Assembly: GCA_037442505.1 (NCBI GenBank)
Contig: JBBIPZ010000007.1
Coordinates: 3,758-67,757, forward strand
Direction of reading: 5' to 3'
Length of the DNA: 64,000 nt
DNA from: Deltaproteobacteria bacterium
GTDB taxonomy: Bacteria > CALINM01
Shown: positions 49,182 through 59,161 of the stretch, piece by piece
How the letters are laid out: every line of letters starts with the position of its first letter
Numbering within the stretch: the stretch's first letter is position 1
Program-made: the position numbers and the translations under genes
Notes under the pieces: model-generated
What the model saw: only the letters and a program-made list of their open reading frames with translations
Told to the model about the DNA's origin: nothing
Databases searched by the model: none

Positions 49182-50762
49182 ATGAAAAGGTTATTTTTAA
49201 TGTTGGTTCTTATACTTTTATTCTTTACCAACCATACCTCAGCAGCTAAGAAAATAGAAAAGGGAACTGCAGACAGCAAAGCTTGTTATCAGTGTCACGA
49301 TGAGATTAAGGCACTCAAAGAAGGTTCTAAACACGCGAAATTGGATTGTGGTCAATGTCACGGAAACTTATCTGAACACTTAGGGAATCCTGATACAAAA
49401 CCTTCAACAAATCTGGGACTTGATAACTGCGGCAGATGTCACAAAGACCAGTACGATTCATACTTTCAGGTAAATTATCATAAAAGAGCTAAGAAGGAAA
49501 AGGCAATCCCTGATGGTAGAGCACCACTGCTTGATAAGCTTCTTGCCGGTCATGGTTTTACAAAGGAGCATGCAGAGCCCAGAAGCCATCCCTTTATGTT
49601 AATTGACCATATCATTGTTGATAGAGCTTATGGTGGTAGATTCCAGTACAAAAACTGGGCTGATATAACAAAAACTGGTAAACCCTGGGATATCCTGATT
49701 GATACAAACAAGACAATTCCAGAATCTGCAAAAGCAGCAAATCCAACCTGCATTCAGTGCAAAACTTCTGATTTTGTAATGAAATGGGCATATTTAGGTG
49801 ATAAAAATCCAAAAGCAAAATGGGATAGAACATCAAATGTATTTGAAGTAATAAAGGATGCACAAAATCCAGTTGGTTGCATCCATTGTCATGATCCCCA
49901 TGCGGCAAAGGGAAGGGTAATAAGAGATGCCTTAATACGGGCGGTGCAAACATATGGAGATAGACCTTATAGTAAGAAAAATGACAAAAATGCTCTTGAT
50001 GTAAAAGAGTTCAGAGGCTATAGAAAGATTGGATTACTTAAGAAAAATGATTCAGTACTTATGTGTGCCCAGTGTCATGTGGAGTATGCCTGCAATCCTG
50101 GATTTGAGAAAGATGATTTTAACAAAAAGATAGGTTTTAATGACCAGAGAACCAATATATTCCCATGGAAGAATGTCTTTGATGTGCTTAAATTTTACGA
50201 TGAGATTAACTTTAGAGATTACAGACATCCAGTAACAGAGGCAAATCTGATTAAATTCCAACATCCTGAAACAGAGACGTTTTTTGACAGCAAACATGAA
50301 AGGGCAGGTGTAACCTGTGCTGATTGCCATATGGCAAAAACAAAAAATAAAGCTGGTAAAACTTATACATCACACTTTGTTGTAAGCCCGAGGGAAAATA
50401 TAAAAGGAACATGCCTCAAATGCCATAAAGACTGGACAGAGAAACAGGCAATATACACAATAGATAGCGTAAAAAACTATATAAAAGGAAAAATCAGAAA
50501 ATCTGAATACTGGTTGTCTCAGTTTATTGACAAGTTTGAAAAGGCAAAGAAGAAAGGTGTAAGCAAAGATGTGTTAAAAGAGGCAAGAAAACAGCATGAC
50601 ATAGCCCATGCTCACTGGGAATGGTGGACTGCAGAAAACTCCGATGGATTCCATAACCCTGACCAGGCAAGACAATCATTAGCAACATCTATCGAAGCTT
50701 CCAGGAAAGGAATAGAGATACTCGACAAGGCAATAAAGGAAAAGGTTATCACAGCCAAATAG
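49182..50762 (+). CDS. Octaheme cytochrome c nitrite reductase (TvNiR/ONR-like)
   Basis: Signal peptide. Eight heme motifs: CYQCH, CGQCH, CGRCH, CIQCK, CIHCH, CAQCH, CADCH, CLKCH. The fourth is a CXXCK, consistent with a Lys-ligated catalytic heme. SD GGGAGG. Confidence 0.8.
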   Translation: MKRLFLMLVLILLFFTNHTSAAKKIEKGTADSKACYQCHDEIKALKEGSKHAKLDCGQCHGNLSEHLGNPDTKPSTNLGLDNCGRCHKDQYDSYFQVNYHKRAKKEKAIPDGRAPLLDKLLAGHGFTKEHAEPRSHPFMLIDHIIVDRAYGGRFQYKNWADITKTGKPWDILIDTNKTIPESAKAANPTCIQCKTSDFVMKWAYLGDKNPKAKWDRTSNVFEVIKDAQNPVGCIHCHDPHAAKGRVIRDALIRAVQTYGDRPYSKKNDKNALDVKEFRGYRKIGLLKKNDSVLMCAQCHVEYACNPGFEKDDFNKKIGFNDQRTNIFPWKNVFDVLKFYDEINFRDYRHPVTEANLIKFQHPETETFFDSKHERAGVTCADCHMAKTKNKAGKTYTSHFVVSPRENIKGTCLKCHKDWTEKQAIYTIDSVKNYIKGKIRKSEYWLSQFIDKFEKAKKKGVSKDVLKEARKQHDIAHAHWEWWTAENSDGFHNPDQARQSLATSIEASRKGIEILDKAIKEKVITAK

Positions 50763-50774
50763 GCCATTAACTAA

Positions 50775-50805
50775 ATCTTGGGGGTGGTTAACCCATCCCC
50801 AAGAT
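50775..50805. terminator. GC-rich hairpin between the convergent nitrite reductase and radical SAM genes
   Basis: ATCTTGGGGGTGG-ttaa-CCCATCCCCAAGAT, an imperfect stem of about 12 bp. Confidence 0.4.
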
Positions 50806-50963
50806 CAAAATCGAAGCAAAAATACTTAACTAAAGAACGTGTGTTTGTACCGAACGAAACCGAGTGAAAGTGCAATAAATAACTTCTACTATCGAATCAA
50901 AGACTACAAAAGAAAATCAACAATGTAATTTATAGGTGTTGGGGAGCGAAATTGGATTTCAAG

Positions 50964-52496
50964 CTAATTTCTACAAACATCGTATTTTATCTGATTCATA
51001 GCTTTTGTTTTAGCCATTGAATGTTTATCAAAAATCTTCCTGAAATGATAGCCATAAATAGCAAAAGTAACTGCTAAAGATAGAAATTTTGGCTTTTTTA
51101 TAACAGACCAAGTAAGCAATTTCCAATAACTTAAGCTCCCCTTTTTTAAGATACCGAGAAGCAAAAGAGATTTAATAAAAGCAGTAAAAGATTCAAAACT
51201 ATAGTGAAACAGCTTAGGTTGTAATGGTTTATACTCGCTCAGAAACCTTTTGATGCGGTTGTATAAATATTTTGGATTGTATATTGTTTTTACAATTTTT
51301 TCATACCCATCAACTAACTTACTCATCTCCATCTTTGTTAAAATATTTGTTGAAAAATCAGTATTATCACCCGACATATATTTTAAAATTCGGTTCTCTT
51401 CTTTCATTTTTTTAAATAACTTTGTTCTAACAGGGGCGTTTAGTATCCCCACCATAGCAGTTACAATGCTTGATTTCTCAATAAAGTTTATCACTCTATC
51501 AAAGATATCGAGTGGATCATTATCAAATCCAACGATAAATCCAGCCATAACATCAAATCCGTAACTTTGTATCTTCCTGACACTTAAGAGCAAATCTCTA
51601 TTTTTATTCTGATTTTTGCTGCATTCTTCAAGACTTTCGTAATGAGGAGATTCTATGCCAACAAAAAGGTTTAAAAAATTGGCGGTAGCCATAAGCTTCA
51701 TCAACTCTTCATCATCAGCAAGGTTTATTGAAACCTGAGTTATAAAAGAAAAGGGGTATTTATTATTTTTTTGCCATTCGATAATTGCTGGTAGTATCTG
51801 ATCTTTTAATATTTTTTTATTGCTGATAAAGTTGTCATCTACAAAAAAAACACCACCTTGCCATCCTAAGTTATACAGTATGTCAAGTTCTTTTAATATC
51901 TGGCTACAACTTTTTGTTCTTGGTTTTCTACCAAAAAGTGCAGTTATATCACAAAAATCACATTCAAATGGACAGCCACGCGAAAACTGCACACACATAG
52001 ATGCATAGTCATTGAGATTAATCAGGTTATAAGATGGGATAGGACTTTTAGTTAAATCTGCCCAATCATCAGTAGAGTATAACGCTTTAGGCTCACCATT
52101 AGATAAATCACTGATAAACATTGGAATTGTAATTTCACCTTCATTTAAAACAAAATGGTCAACACCTTCAAAATCAGTGTAACGTGACGTAAATAAAGGC
52201 CCACCAGCAACAATTTTTTTATTGAAAGACTTTACCTTTTTAATAACTTCTCTAACTGATTTTTCCTGAACTGACATAGCACTTATAAATACATAATCTG
52301 CCCATTTTATCTGTTCATCACTTAGTTTAGTTACATTTAAATCAACCAATCTTTTCTCCCATTCATTTGGGAGTAACGATGCAACTGTAAGCAGTCCAAG
52401 AGGTGGAAAGCTTGCTTTCTTATTTACAAACTGAAGGGCGTATTTAAAGCTCCAGAAAGTTTCTGGATATTGTGGATAGACTAATAAAACTTTCAT
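50964..52496 (-). CDS. B12-binding-domain radical SAM protein with a DUF4070-like C-terminus
   Basis: N-terminal cobalamin-binding Rossmann-like region and CPFECDFCD (CxxxCxxC); 510 aa. Confidence 0.8.
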   Translation of the reverse strand: MKVLLVYPQYPETFWSFKYALQFVNKKASFPPLGLLTVASLLPNEWEKRLVDLNVTKLSDEQIKWADYVFISAMSVQEKSVREVIKKVKSFNKKIVAGGPLFTSRYTDFEGVDHFVLNEGEITIPMFISDLSNGEPKALYSTDDWADLTKSPIPSYNLINLNDYASMCVQFSRGCPFECDFCDITALFGRKPRTKSCSQILKELDILYNLGWQGGVFFVDDNFISNKKILKDQILPAIIEWQKNNKYPFSFITQVSINLADDEELMKLMATANFLNLFVGIESPHYESLEECSKNQNKNRDLLLSVRKIQSYGFDVMAGFIVGFDNDPLDIFDRVINFIEKSSIVTAMVGILNAPVRTKLFKKMKEENRILKYMSGDNTDFSTNILTKMEMSKLVDGYEKIVKTIYNPKYLYNRIKRFLSEYKPLQPKLFHYSFESFTAFIKSLLLLGILKKGSLSYWKLLTWSVIKKPKFLSLAVTFAIYGYHFRKIFDKHSMAKTKAMNQIKYDVCRN

Positions 52497-52499
52497 AAA

Positions 52500-52685
52500 C
52501 TAAATATTATTAAAACAACGTTCTAAAATAATGTCAACTAAAAATATCTTTGATTTTATGATATGTTGCCAGTTTGAATCCCCCTCTTTGCGAAAAGGGG
52601 CTGCGTGAGATTTCAAAAAAGTCATTCTAAGCCTCAGCTGATCAATCTGTCCATGTCTGTCTGAGTTTATATTAACAGTTTGCAT
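52500..52685 (-). CDS. Questionable 61-codon ORF immediately upstream of the radical SAM gene (may be a noncoding promoter region)
   Basis: Stop TAG 3 nt before the rSAM ATG, but there is no SD, and a TTGACA-N17-TTTAAT promoter lies inside its 3' end. Confidence 0.2.
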   Translation of the reverse strand: MQTVNINSDRHGQIDQLRLRMTFLKSHAAPFRKEGDSNWQHIIKSKIFLVDIILERCFNNI

Positions 52686-52722
52686 TGAATTAAATTAGGG
52701 TTTGTAATATTCTACAAGAAAT

Positions 52723-54078
52723 ATGTTTAGTAAAATTAATAAAAATAGAATTTTTGTAATAAAATCTGGAGCTTTACAACCCCGTCCTGTTGTTTACTGG
52801 ATGAGTAGGGAACAAAGAGTAAGCGATAATTGGGCGCTGATATATGCGCAGAATATTGCATTAACTCTAAAAGTTCCATTATTTGTTGTATTTTGCCTTG
52901 TTTCTGATTTTCTGGGTGCAACTATCAGACATTACGGTTTTATATTGAGAGGGTTACAACAGGTAAAAGAAAAACTTAAATTAAAAAATATTCCTTTTTT
53001 CTTGTTGAACGGTGACCCATCTATAAAAATCCCCGAGTTTTTGTCTGAAGTCAAAGCTGGGCTTCTTGTTACAGACTTTGACCCTTTGAAGATTAAGAGA
53101 ACATGGAAAAATGAAATATCTAAAAAAATTAAAATTCCGTTTCACGAAGTGGATGCTCATAATATTGTTCCTGTCAGATTTGTTTCAAATAAACAGGAGT
53201 ATGGTGCATATACAATCAGACCTAAAATTATGAGGTTACTCGGGGATTTTTTAACCGAGTTCCCTCAAATTGTCAGGCATCCAGAAACTGCAAAGGCTGG
53301 TAATAACTCAGTAGAACCGGTTGAAATGATATCTTTACTTAAAGTTGATAGAAGCGTGCCTGAAATTAGCTGGTTAAAACCGGGAGAGGATGAGGCACAA
53401 AAGATTTTAAATGACTTTGTTAAAAATCGACTTAATGATTATGCGTTTAAAAGAAATAATCCAGTGTTAAACGGACAGTCCAATTTATCTCCGTATTTAC
53501 ATTTTGGACAGATTTCAGCTCAGAGGGTTGGATTGACAGTTATGTCAGCGGATATAAGAGAGGATTCTAAAATGGCTTTTCTTGAAGAATTAATTGTAAG
53601 AAAAGAGCTTTCTGATAATTTCTGTTATTACAATGAGGATTATGACAAAATTTTAGGTTTTCCTGAATGGGCAAGAAAGATTCTTGAAAAACATAAAAAA
53701 GATAAAAGAGATTACATCTACTCATTAGAGGCGTTTGAATATGCTAAAACACATGATCCTTTATGGAATGCGGCTCAGATAGAAATGGTAAAAAATGGTA
53801 AGATGCATGGATATATGCGCATGTATTGGGCAAAAAAGATACTTGAATGGTCACCTACTCCTGAAGATGCTTTTGCAATAGCTATTTATTTAAATGATAG
53901 ATACGAGCTTGATGGAAGGGATCCCAATGGTTACACTGGCATTGCCTGGTCTATAGGTGGCGTTCATGATAGAGCATGGGCGGAGCGGAAAGTTTTTGGA
54001 AAAATAAGATATATGAGCTTTAAAGGTTGTCAGAGCAAATTTGATGTTCAAGGTTATATTAATAAAATGACAGAGTAA
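52723..54078 (+). CDS. phr: Class II CPD photolyase (deoxyribodipyrimidine photo-lyase)
   Basis: N-terminus ALQPRPVVYWMSREQRVSDNWAL is typical of class II photolyases. FAD-binding C-terminal domain. Confidence 0.85.
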   Translation: MFSKINKNRIFVIKSGALQPRPVVYWMSREQRVSDNWALIYAQNIALTLKVPLFVVFCLVSDFLGATIRHYGFILRGLQQVKEKLKLKNIPFFLLNGDPSIKIPEFLSEVKAGLLVTDFDPLKIKRTWKNEISKKIKIPFHEVDAHNIVPVRFVSNKQEYGAYTIRPKIMRLLGDFLTEFPQIVRHPETAKAGNNSVEPVEMISLLKVDRSVPEISWLKPGEDEAQKILNDFVKNRLNDYAFKRNNPVLNGQSNLSPYLHFGQISAQRVGLTVMSADIREDSKMAFLEELIVRKELSDNFCYYNEDYDKILGFPEWARKILEKHKKDKRDYIYSLEAFEYAKTHDPLWNAAQIEMVKNGKMHGYMRMYWAKKILEWSPTPEDAFAIAIYLNDRYELDGRDPNGYTGIAWSIGGVHDRAWAERKVFGKIRYMSFKGCQSKFDVQGYINKMTE

Positions 54079-54130
54079 AACTTTTGCAAAAATATATATA
54101 TTATAATATAATGAAAGGTGTGGAGGAGTT

Positions 54131-56533
54131 GTGAAAAAAGAAGTTTTTAAGATAGAGGGCATTCACTGTGCTTCTTGTATTTCCCGTATAGAAAATGCGC
54201 TTCTTAAACTTAATGGTGTAAAGAGTGTAAATGTTAGTTTGGCAAATGGAGTGACTACAGTAGTTTATGACGATGCTTTGCTTACACCATTGGTTTTTAA
54301 GTCTGAAGTTGAAGCTTTAGGTTATAAATTTCTTATAAAAAAAGAAAAAAAACTTATCATCAATGTCACTGGTTTACATTGTGCCTCTTGTGTTAGCAGG
54401 TTACAAGATCGTTTGAAAGAACAAATAGGTGTAATTGATGCAACTGTAAATCTTGCTACATCTAAGGCTTTTATCGTATTTTTCCCAAGCGAAATAAGTA
54501 TTGATAAAATAAAGAGTGTCATTATAGCTACTGGATATAGTGTTGCTGAACTTGAAGAAATTGATCCTTCAATTGAAGATATTAGGACATATAAAAAGAA
54601 TTTTAGTTATGCCGCTTTGTTTTCACTTCCTTTGTTTATCATAACGATGGCAGAACATTTTTACTCTTACAAAATTATTACAAACGATATACTGTATTCT
54701 ATTTTTCAATTTCTTTTGGCAACACCTGTTATTTATTTTGGCAGAAATTTTTATATTAATGGTATCAAATCTGTTTTAAAGGCTAAAACCGCAACTATGG
54801 ATACACTGGTAGCCTTAGGGACAGGGGCAGCCTATGTTTATAGCGTTTATGTGACGATTATGATTTTATTAAATAACAGTAATTTTAGTTCTATGCACCT
54901 TTATTATGAAACATCTGCTGTGCTTATATCGTTTATCTTGTTGGGCAGGTTTTTAGAGGCAAAGGCAAAAGGGAAAACTGGAGAAGCAATAAAAAGGCTA
55001 ATGGGATTGACGCCAAAAACTGCTACTGTAATAAGAGATACTACTGAACTTATTGTTCCGATAGATGAGGTATTGAAGGAAGACATAGTTTTAATTAAAC
55101 CAGGCGATAGAATTCCGGTGGATGGAGAAGTCATAGATGGCTATTCTTATATAGATGAATCAATGATTACTGGCGAAAGTGTTCCCGTAGAAAAGAAGGT
55201 TGGAGATAAGGTGATAGCAGGTACGATTAACGGAAATAAGATATTGAAGATAAAGGCTGTTTCTGTAGGCGCAGAAACATTGCTTTCTCAGATAATAAGA
55301 CTTGTTGAGGAATCGCAAGCCTCTAAAGCGCAAATTCAAAAGATTGCTGATAAGGTTAGTTCTGTATTTGTGCCAGTAGTTTTTATTATAGCTTTAGTCA
55401 GTTTTTTTACATGGATTGTCTTGGATTATGATACTGAATTTGCCTTTAGTTCGTTTATTTCTGTCTTAATTATTGCATGTCCATGCTCACTTGGTTTAGC
55501 TACGCCTACGGCTATTATTGTTGGAACTGGAATGGGAGCTGAGAGAGGTATATTATTTAAAAATGCAGAGGCGTTAGAAAAACTGGCAAAAGTAGAAATG
55601 TTGCTTATGGATAAAACTGGGACTCTAACATATGGTAAACCGGAAGTTGTTGATATAGTTAGTTATGGTATCAGTAGTGATGAATTGCTTAAAATTGCTG
55701 CTTCAATTGAAAAGGTTGCAACGCACCCTCTTGCAGATGCAGTAGTTAGAAAGTATTCTAACTCAGATTTCTATGAAATTTCTAATTTTGACACATTGCC
55801 TGGAATGGGCGTCCTGGCTACGATAAATAATGAAAAATTTTATTTAGGCTCAATAAATTTAATGAAAGAAATAGGCATAAAAATTGAAAATATTGTAAAT
55901 GATGTTTATTCTACAATTTATATTGCAAATGAGCAAAGTAGCGGAAAAAAGGATTTATTAGGTTATATTTCTGTATTTGACAAAATCAAAGAAGATGCTG
56001 AAGAGTTTGTCAAAAAAATGACTCAATTAGGAGTTAAGCTTTTTATATTAACAGGCGATAATGAAAAAGTTGCAGAGTATGTAGCCAAAACACTTGGAAT
56101 TGAGTATTATAAGGCAAACGTTTTACCTCACGAAAAACAACAAGTAGTTCTTGCCGAAAAAGAGAGATATAAATTTGTTGGTATGGTTGGTGATGGAATA
56201 AATGATTCTCCTGCCCTTGCAGCATCTGATGTCGGTATAGCATTTGGGTCTGGCACGGATATCGCTACGGAAACAAGCGACATTGTTTTGGTGAAACCTA
56301 ATTTGATGGGAATATATAAATTGTTACTGTTAAGTAAATTTACAATTAGCAAAATTAAACAAAACCTTTTTTGGGCTTTTATTTATAATTCAATTGGCAT
56401 ACCTTTGGCAGCTGGGTTACTTTACCCTTTTTTTGGTATTCAATTGAATCCAATGTTTGCAGGAGTTGCTATGGCTATGAGTTCTGTCTCAGTTGTCACA
56501 AATTCGTTGTTAATGAAGAGGAAACATATATGA
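54131..56533 (+). CDS. copA: Copper-translocating P1B-type ATPase with two N-terminal HMA domains
   Basis: Two GxHCASC metal-binding sites, CPC in the TM segment, DKTGT phosphorylation site, GDGINDSPAL hinge. GTG start with SD GGAGGAG. Confidence 0.9.
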   Translation: MKKEVFKIEGIHCASCISRIENALLKLNGVKSVNVSLANGVTTVVYDDALLTPLVFKSEVEALGYKFLIKKEKKLIINVTGLHCASCVSRLQDRLKEQIGVIDATVNLATSKAFIVFFPSEISIDKIKSVIIATGYSVAELEEIDPSIEDIRTYKKNFSYAALFSLPLFIITMAEHFYSYKIITNDILYSIFQFLLATPVIYFGRNFYINGIKSVLKAKTATMDTLVALGTGAAYVYSVYVTIMILLNNSNFSSMHLYYETSAVLISFILLGRFLEAKAKGKTGEAIKRLMGLTPKTATVIRDTTELIVPIDEVLKEDIVLIKPGDRIPVDGEVIDGYSYIDESMITGESVPVEKKVGDKVIAGTINGNKILKIKAVSVGAETLLSQIIRLVEESQASKAQIQKIADKVSSVFVPVVFIIALVSFFTWIVLDYDTEFAFSSFISVLIIACPCSLGLATPTAIIVGTGMGAERGILFKNAEALEKLAKVEMLLMDKTGTLTYGKPEVVDIVSYGISSDELLKIAASIEKVATHPLADAVVRKYSNSDFYEISNFDTLPGMGVLATINNEKFYLGSINLMKEIGIKIENIVNDVYSTIYIANEQSSGKKDLLGYISVFDKIKEDAEEFVKKMTQLGVKLFILTGDNEKVAEYVAKTLGIEYYKANVLPHEKQQVVLAEKERYKFVGMVGDGINDSPALAASDVGIAFGSGTDIATETSDIVLVKPNLMGIYKLLLLSKFTISKIKQNLFWAFIYNSIGIPLAAGLLYPFFGIQLNPMFAGVAMAMSSVSVVTNSLLMKRKHI

Positions 56534-57900
56534 GCTCTGTTCAACCAATAATTACGGACATTATCGAAAAGGACGAGTTAATGGAGCTTACATCTGATTT
56601 TTCTAAAAAGTTTGGTTTTTGTGCCTTTATTCTTGATTCCAAAGGAAAAATGATTGTCGAAAAACAGTTTATACCAGAGTACTGCGAACGTATTTTGAGT
56701 GTTAAGGAAAATGCTACTAAGTGTTATAAAGATACCATTTCAAAGATAATGTTAAACAAAGTGCTTTATGATGAATGTTGGGCTGGCCACCGTAAAATTA
56801 TTGTTCCTATTAAGTTCATGAACAATGTTATAGCTTACTGGATTACCTGTGGTATAGCATCAGATGTAAATGAGAAGTTTGTGCAAGCCTTAGCAAACAT
56901 GATTGACAGCTTTATAAACAAGTTTTTAAAATCTTACGAAAAGTGGTTTAATGAAAGAGAGTTTGCTACAAAGATTTTAAATAACCTTATTTCTCAGCAA
57001 GATTATGATCAGGTACTCGAAAAAATTGTATCTTCTGCTACAAAGATACTAAAAACGGATAGGACAACACTTTTTATATACGATGGGGGAAAGTTGGTAA
57101 GTAGAATTGCAGAAGGGCTCGAGCAGGAGATTGCATTAAATTTAGGGGAAGGAATAGCAGGAACCTGTGCGTTAAATAGAGAAATAATTGCTATTGATGA
57201 AGTTAAACCTGAAATTGGCATAAAATCGATTATAAAAGAGTATGAAGTTAAAAATCTAATTTGTGCACCAATAATATTCAAAAAAAAGTTGTTGGGTGTA
57301 ATAGAGTCTTTTAATAAAGGAACTTCTTTCACGATGAAAGATAGAAAACATATATCATATTTGGCAGATGCAGCTGCAATTGCACTTAATAATGCTCAAA
57401 CATTTGTTGCATTGCAAAGAATGTCAATATTGGACCCACTTACCCAACTTTACAACAGAAACTATTTTATTAGATGTCTCGAAAAGGAAACTACGAGACT
57501 GAACAGGTACTCTGGAGAGTTATCCCTTATGTTTATTGATCTTGATGACTTTAAAAAGTTTAATGACTTGTATGGTCATACTGTAGGAGATATTGTTCTT
57601 AAAGAGTTTTCAAACCTTATAAAAAACAACCTAAGAGACGCTGATATTGCTGCAAGGTTTGGTGGAGAAGAGTTTGTTGTAATGTTACCAAATACTGATA
57701 GAGAGGGAGCTTATAAAACAGCAGAAAGATTACAACAATCAATTAGAAATACTGAAATTGCGGGACATAAAGTTAGTGCGAGCATTGGTATCGCCTGTTA
57801 TCGGTTAGGGCTTACTGCTAAAATGCTAATTGATAGGGCTGACAAAGCTATGTATCATGTTAAGAGAACACAAAAGGGTACTATAAGCTTCTGGGATTAG
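56530..57900 (+). CDS. Diguanylate cyclase with PocR-like and GAF sensory domains (PocR-GAF-GGDEF)
   Basis: N-terminal Cys pattern C..C...C.AGHRKIIVPI (PocR-like), a GAF-like middle, and RFGGEEF in an intact GGDEF domain. ATGA overlap with copA. Confidence 0.8.
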   Translation: MSSVQPIITDIIEKDELMELTSDFSKKFGFCAFILDSKGKMIVEKQFIPEYCERILSVKENATKCYKDTISKIMLNKVLYDECWAGHRKIIVPIKFMNNVIAYWITCGIASDVNEKFVQALANMIDSFINKFLKSYEKWFNEREFATKILNNLISQQDYDQVLEKIVSSATKILKTDRTTLFIYDGGKLVSRIAEGLEQEIALNLGEGIAGTCALNREIIAIDEVKPEIGIKSIIKEYEVKNLICAPIIFKKKLLGVIESFNKGTSFTMKDRKHISYLADAAAIALNNAQTFVALQRMSILDPLTQLYNRNYFIRCLEKETTRLNRYSGELSLMFIDLDDFKKFNDLYGHTVGDIVLKEFSNLIKNNLRDADIAARFGGEEFVVMLPNTDREGAYKTAERLQQSIRNTEIAGHKVSASIGIACYRLGLTAKMLIDRADKAMYHVKRTQKGTISFWD

Positions 57901-59122
57901 ACAGAAGAAATGTAAAGAAGTCTGTAAAAAGATCGACAGGATTTTGTTGAGAAGCTTTTAGAGCTTTCTCTAAGTCAAATAGTTTAGTATAAGCTGCAAG
58001 TAATGTTTGTAGTGAAAATGGTAAAAAAGTCTGGTAACACTGAAAAAGATAGTAAGGATGTTGCTTTTTATACGCTGAGTTTTTTCTGTAAAAATTCATT
58101 TCAAAATCTCTATATTCTTTAAAGTCGTGTGGATGGGCATCTTCTTTCACCTTTATAGCGGTTTTAAGGAGGCTTTTTACAAGCCCTGCAAGCTTTATGT
58201 AGTCGTTTTTAGCGTTTTTCGTATTTGAGATAATTTTAAAAATATTCAAAAAGTCACCTTTCCTAATAAAATCTGCAATTTTAAGTGCATCAGGCACGTA
58301 GTCATCGTCAAATGCCTGTTCGATATCCTCTTTGGTTATTTCTTTTTTTTCAAAAACAAGCAAGTCAAGCTTATTAAGTGTTGCAGAAAGTTGGTCGCAA
58401 AGTAGAGCCCTTTCTTTTAAATAAAAGTAATCCTCTTTCGATAATTGTTTGTTAGATCTCTTAATAAAGTCTTCCAAGATTTTTTCTTTTAGGGCCGCGA
58501 TTTCCCGCTCACTCAATTTTTTTTCAACCATTTCGTAAATAGTTGAGTGTTTTTCAAAGATTTTATAATTTTTTGTCCTTTTATCAGCCTTTTCAGTTGT
58601 AATAACAAGATAATGCCCGCTGGGGATTTCATCTATAACTGATTGAAAATCAAAACTTTCTACAACAGGTAGCGTTTTGGGTAGAGGTGCATGGTTGAGT
58701 ATCTTTGTAATAAAATCAAAGTTTTCCAAATATTCTTCGAGATAAACTTTGATTTGACTTTTGTCATTAAGAATATCGCTATAATCTTCTTCAGACAGTT
58801 CTAAAGCCGATAAAATCTGTATTAGACAACCATATGCCTTTTCGAGATTATTCTCTAAGACAAGTTCTTGGCACTTTTCTATGAGCTTTTTAACATCTTC
58901 CTCTTGCTTGAAAATTGTCGAATTTTGTATGACAAAAAATTTGGGTGTTCCAAAAAGAGAGTATGTTTTTAAAGAAGTTTTTATTGATTGCCAGTCACTG
59001 TTGTTAGGGTCAAAATACTCGATATTTTCAGGATTAACTTTGTATTCTTCAAGTAGCTCTTTTAGCTTTTGCTTTTGAAAAAACTCATTGCCGATAATTA
59101 TAAAGATATTATCTTTTTTCAT
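57881..59122 (-). CDS. Probable DNA polymerase III delta subunit (HolA-like)
   Basis: N-terminus IFIIIGNEFFQKQKLKEL and SLFGTPKFFVI resemble HolA motifs. At 413 aa it is longer than usual, and the rest is weakly informative. Confidence 0.45.
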   Translation of the reverse strand: MKKDNIFIIIGNEFFQKQKLKELLEEYKVNPENIEYFDPNNSDWQSIKTSLKTYSLFGTPKFFVIQNSTIFKQEEDVKKLIEKCQELVLENNLEKAYGCLIQILSALELSEEDYSDILNDKSQIKVYLEEYLENFDFITKILNHAPLPKTLPVVESFDFQSVIDEIPSGHYLVITTEKADKRTKNYKIFEKHSTIYEMVEKKLSEREIAALKEKILEDFIKRSNKQLSKEDYFYLKERALLCDQLSATLNKLDLLVFEKKEITKEDIEQAFDDDYVPDALKIADFIRKGDFLNIFKIISNTKNAKNDYIKLAGLVKSLLKTAIKVKEDAHPHDFKEYRDFEMNFYRKNSAYKKQHPYYLFQCYQTFLPFSLQTLLAAYTKLFDLEKALKASQQNPVDLFTDFFTFLLSNPRSL

Positions 59123-59132
59123 AATTGTTCAG

Positions 59133-59152
59133 GGGGGAGAAGAATCTCCCCC
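59133..59152. repeat. Perfect GC hairpin between leuB and holA
   Basis: GGGGGAGA-agaa-TCTCCCCC. No T-run on the minus (coding) strand, so its role as a terminator is doubtful. Confidence 0.3.
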
Positions 59153-59161
59153 TTTATAACA

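Noticed and set aside
52596-52616. Hairpin CCCCTCTTT-gcg-AAAAGGGG between the radical SAM and photolyase genes, considered as a terminator
   Set aside because: The stem is imperfect, there is no U-run on either strand, and it lies upstream of both divergent genes rather than at a gene end.
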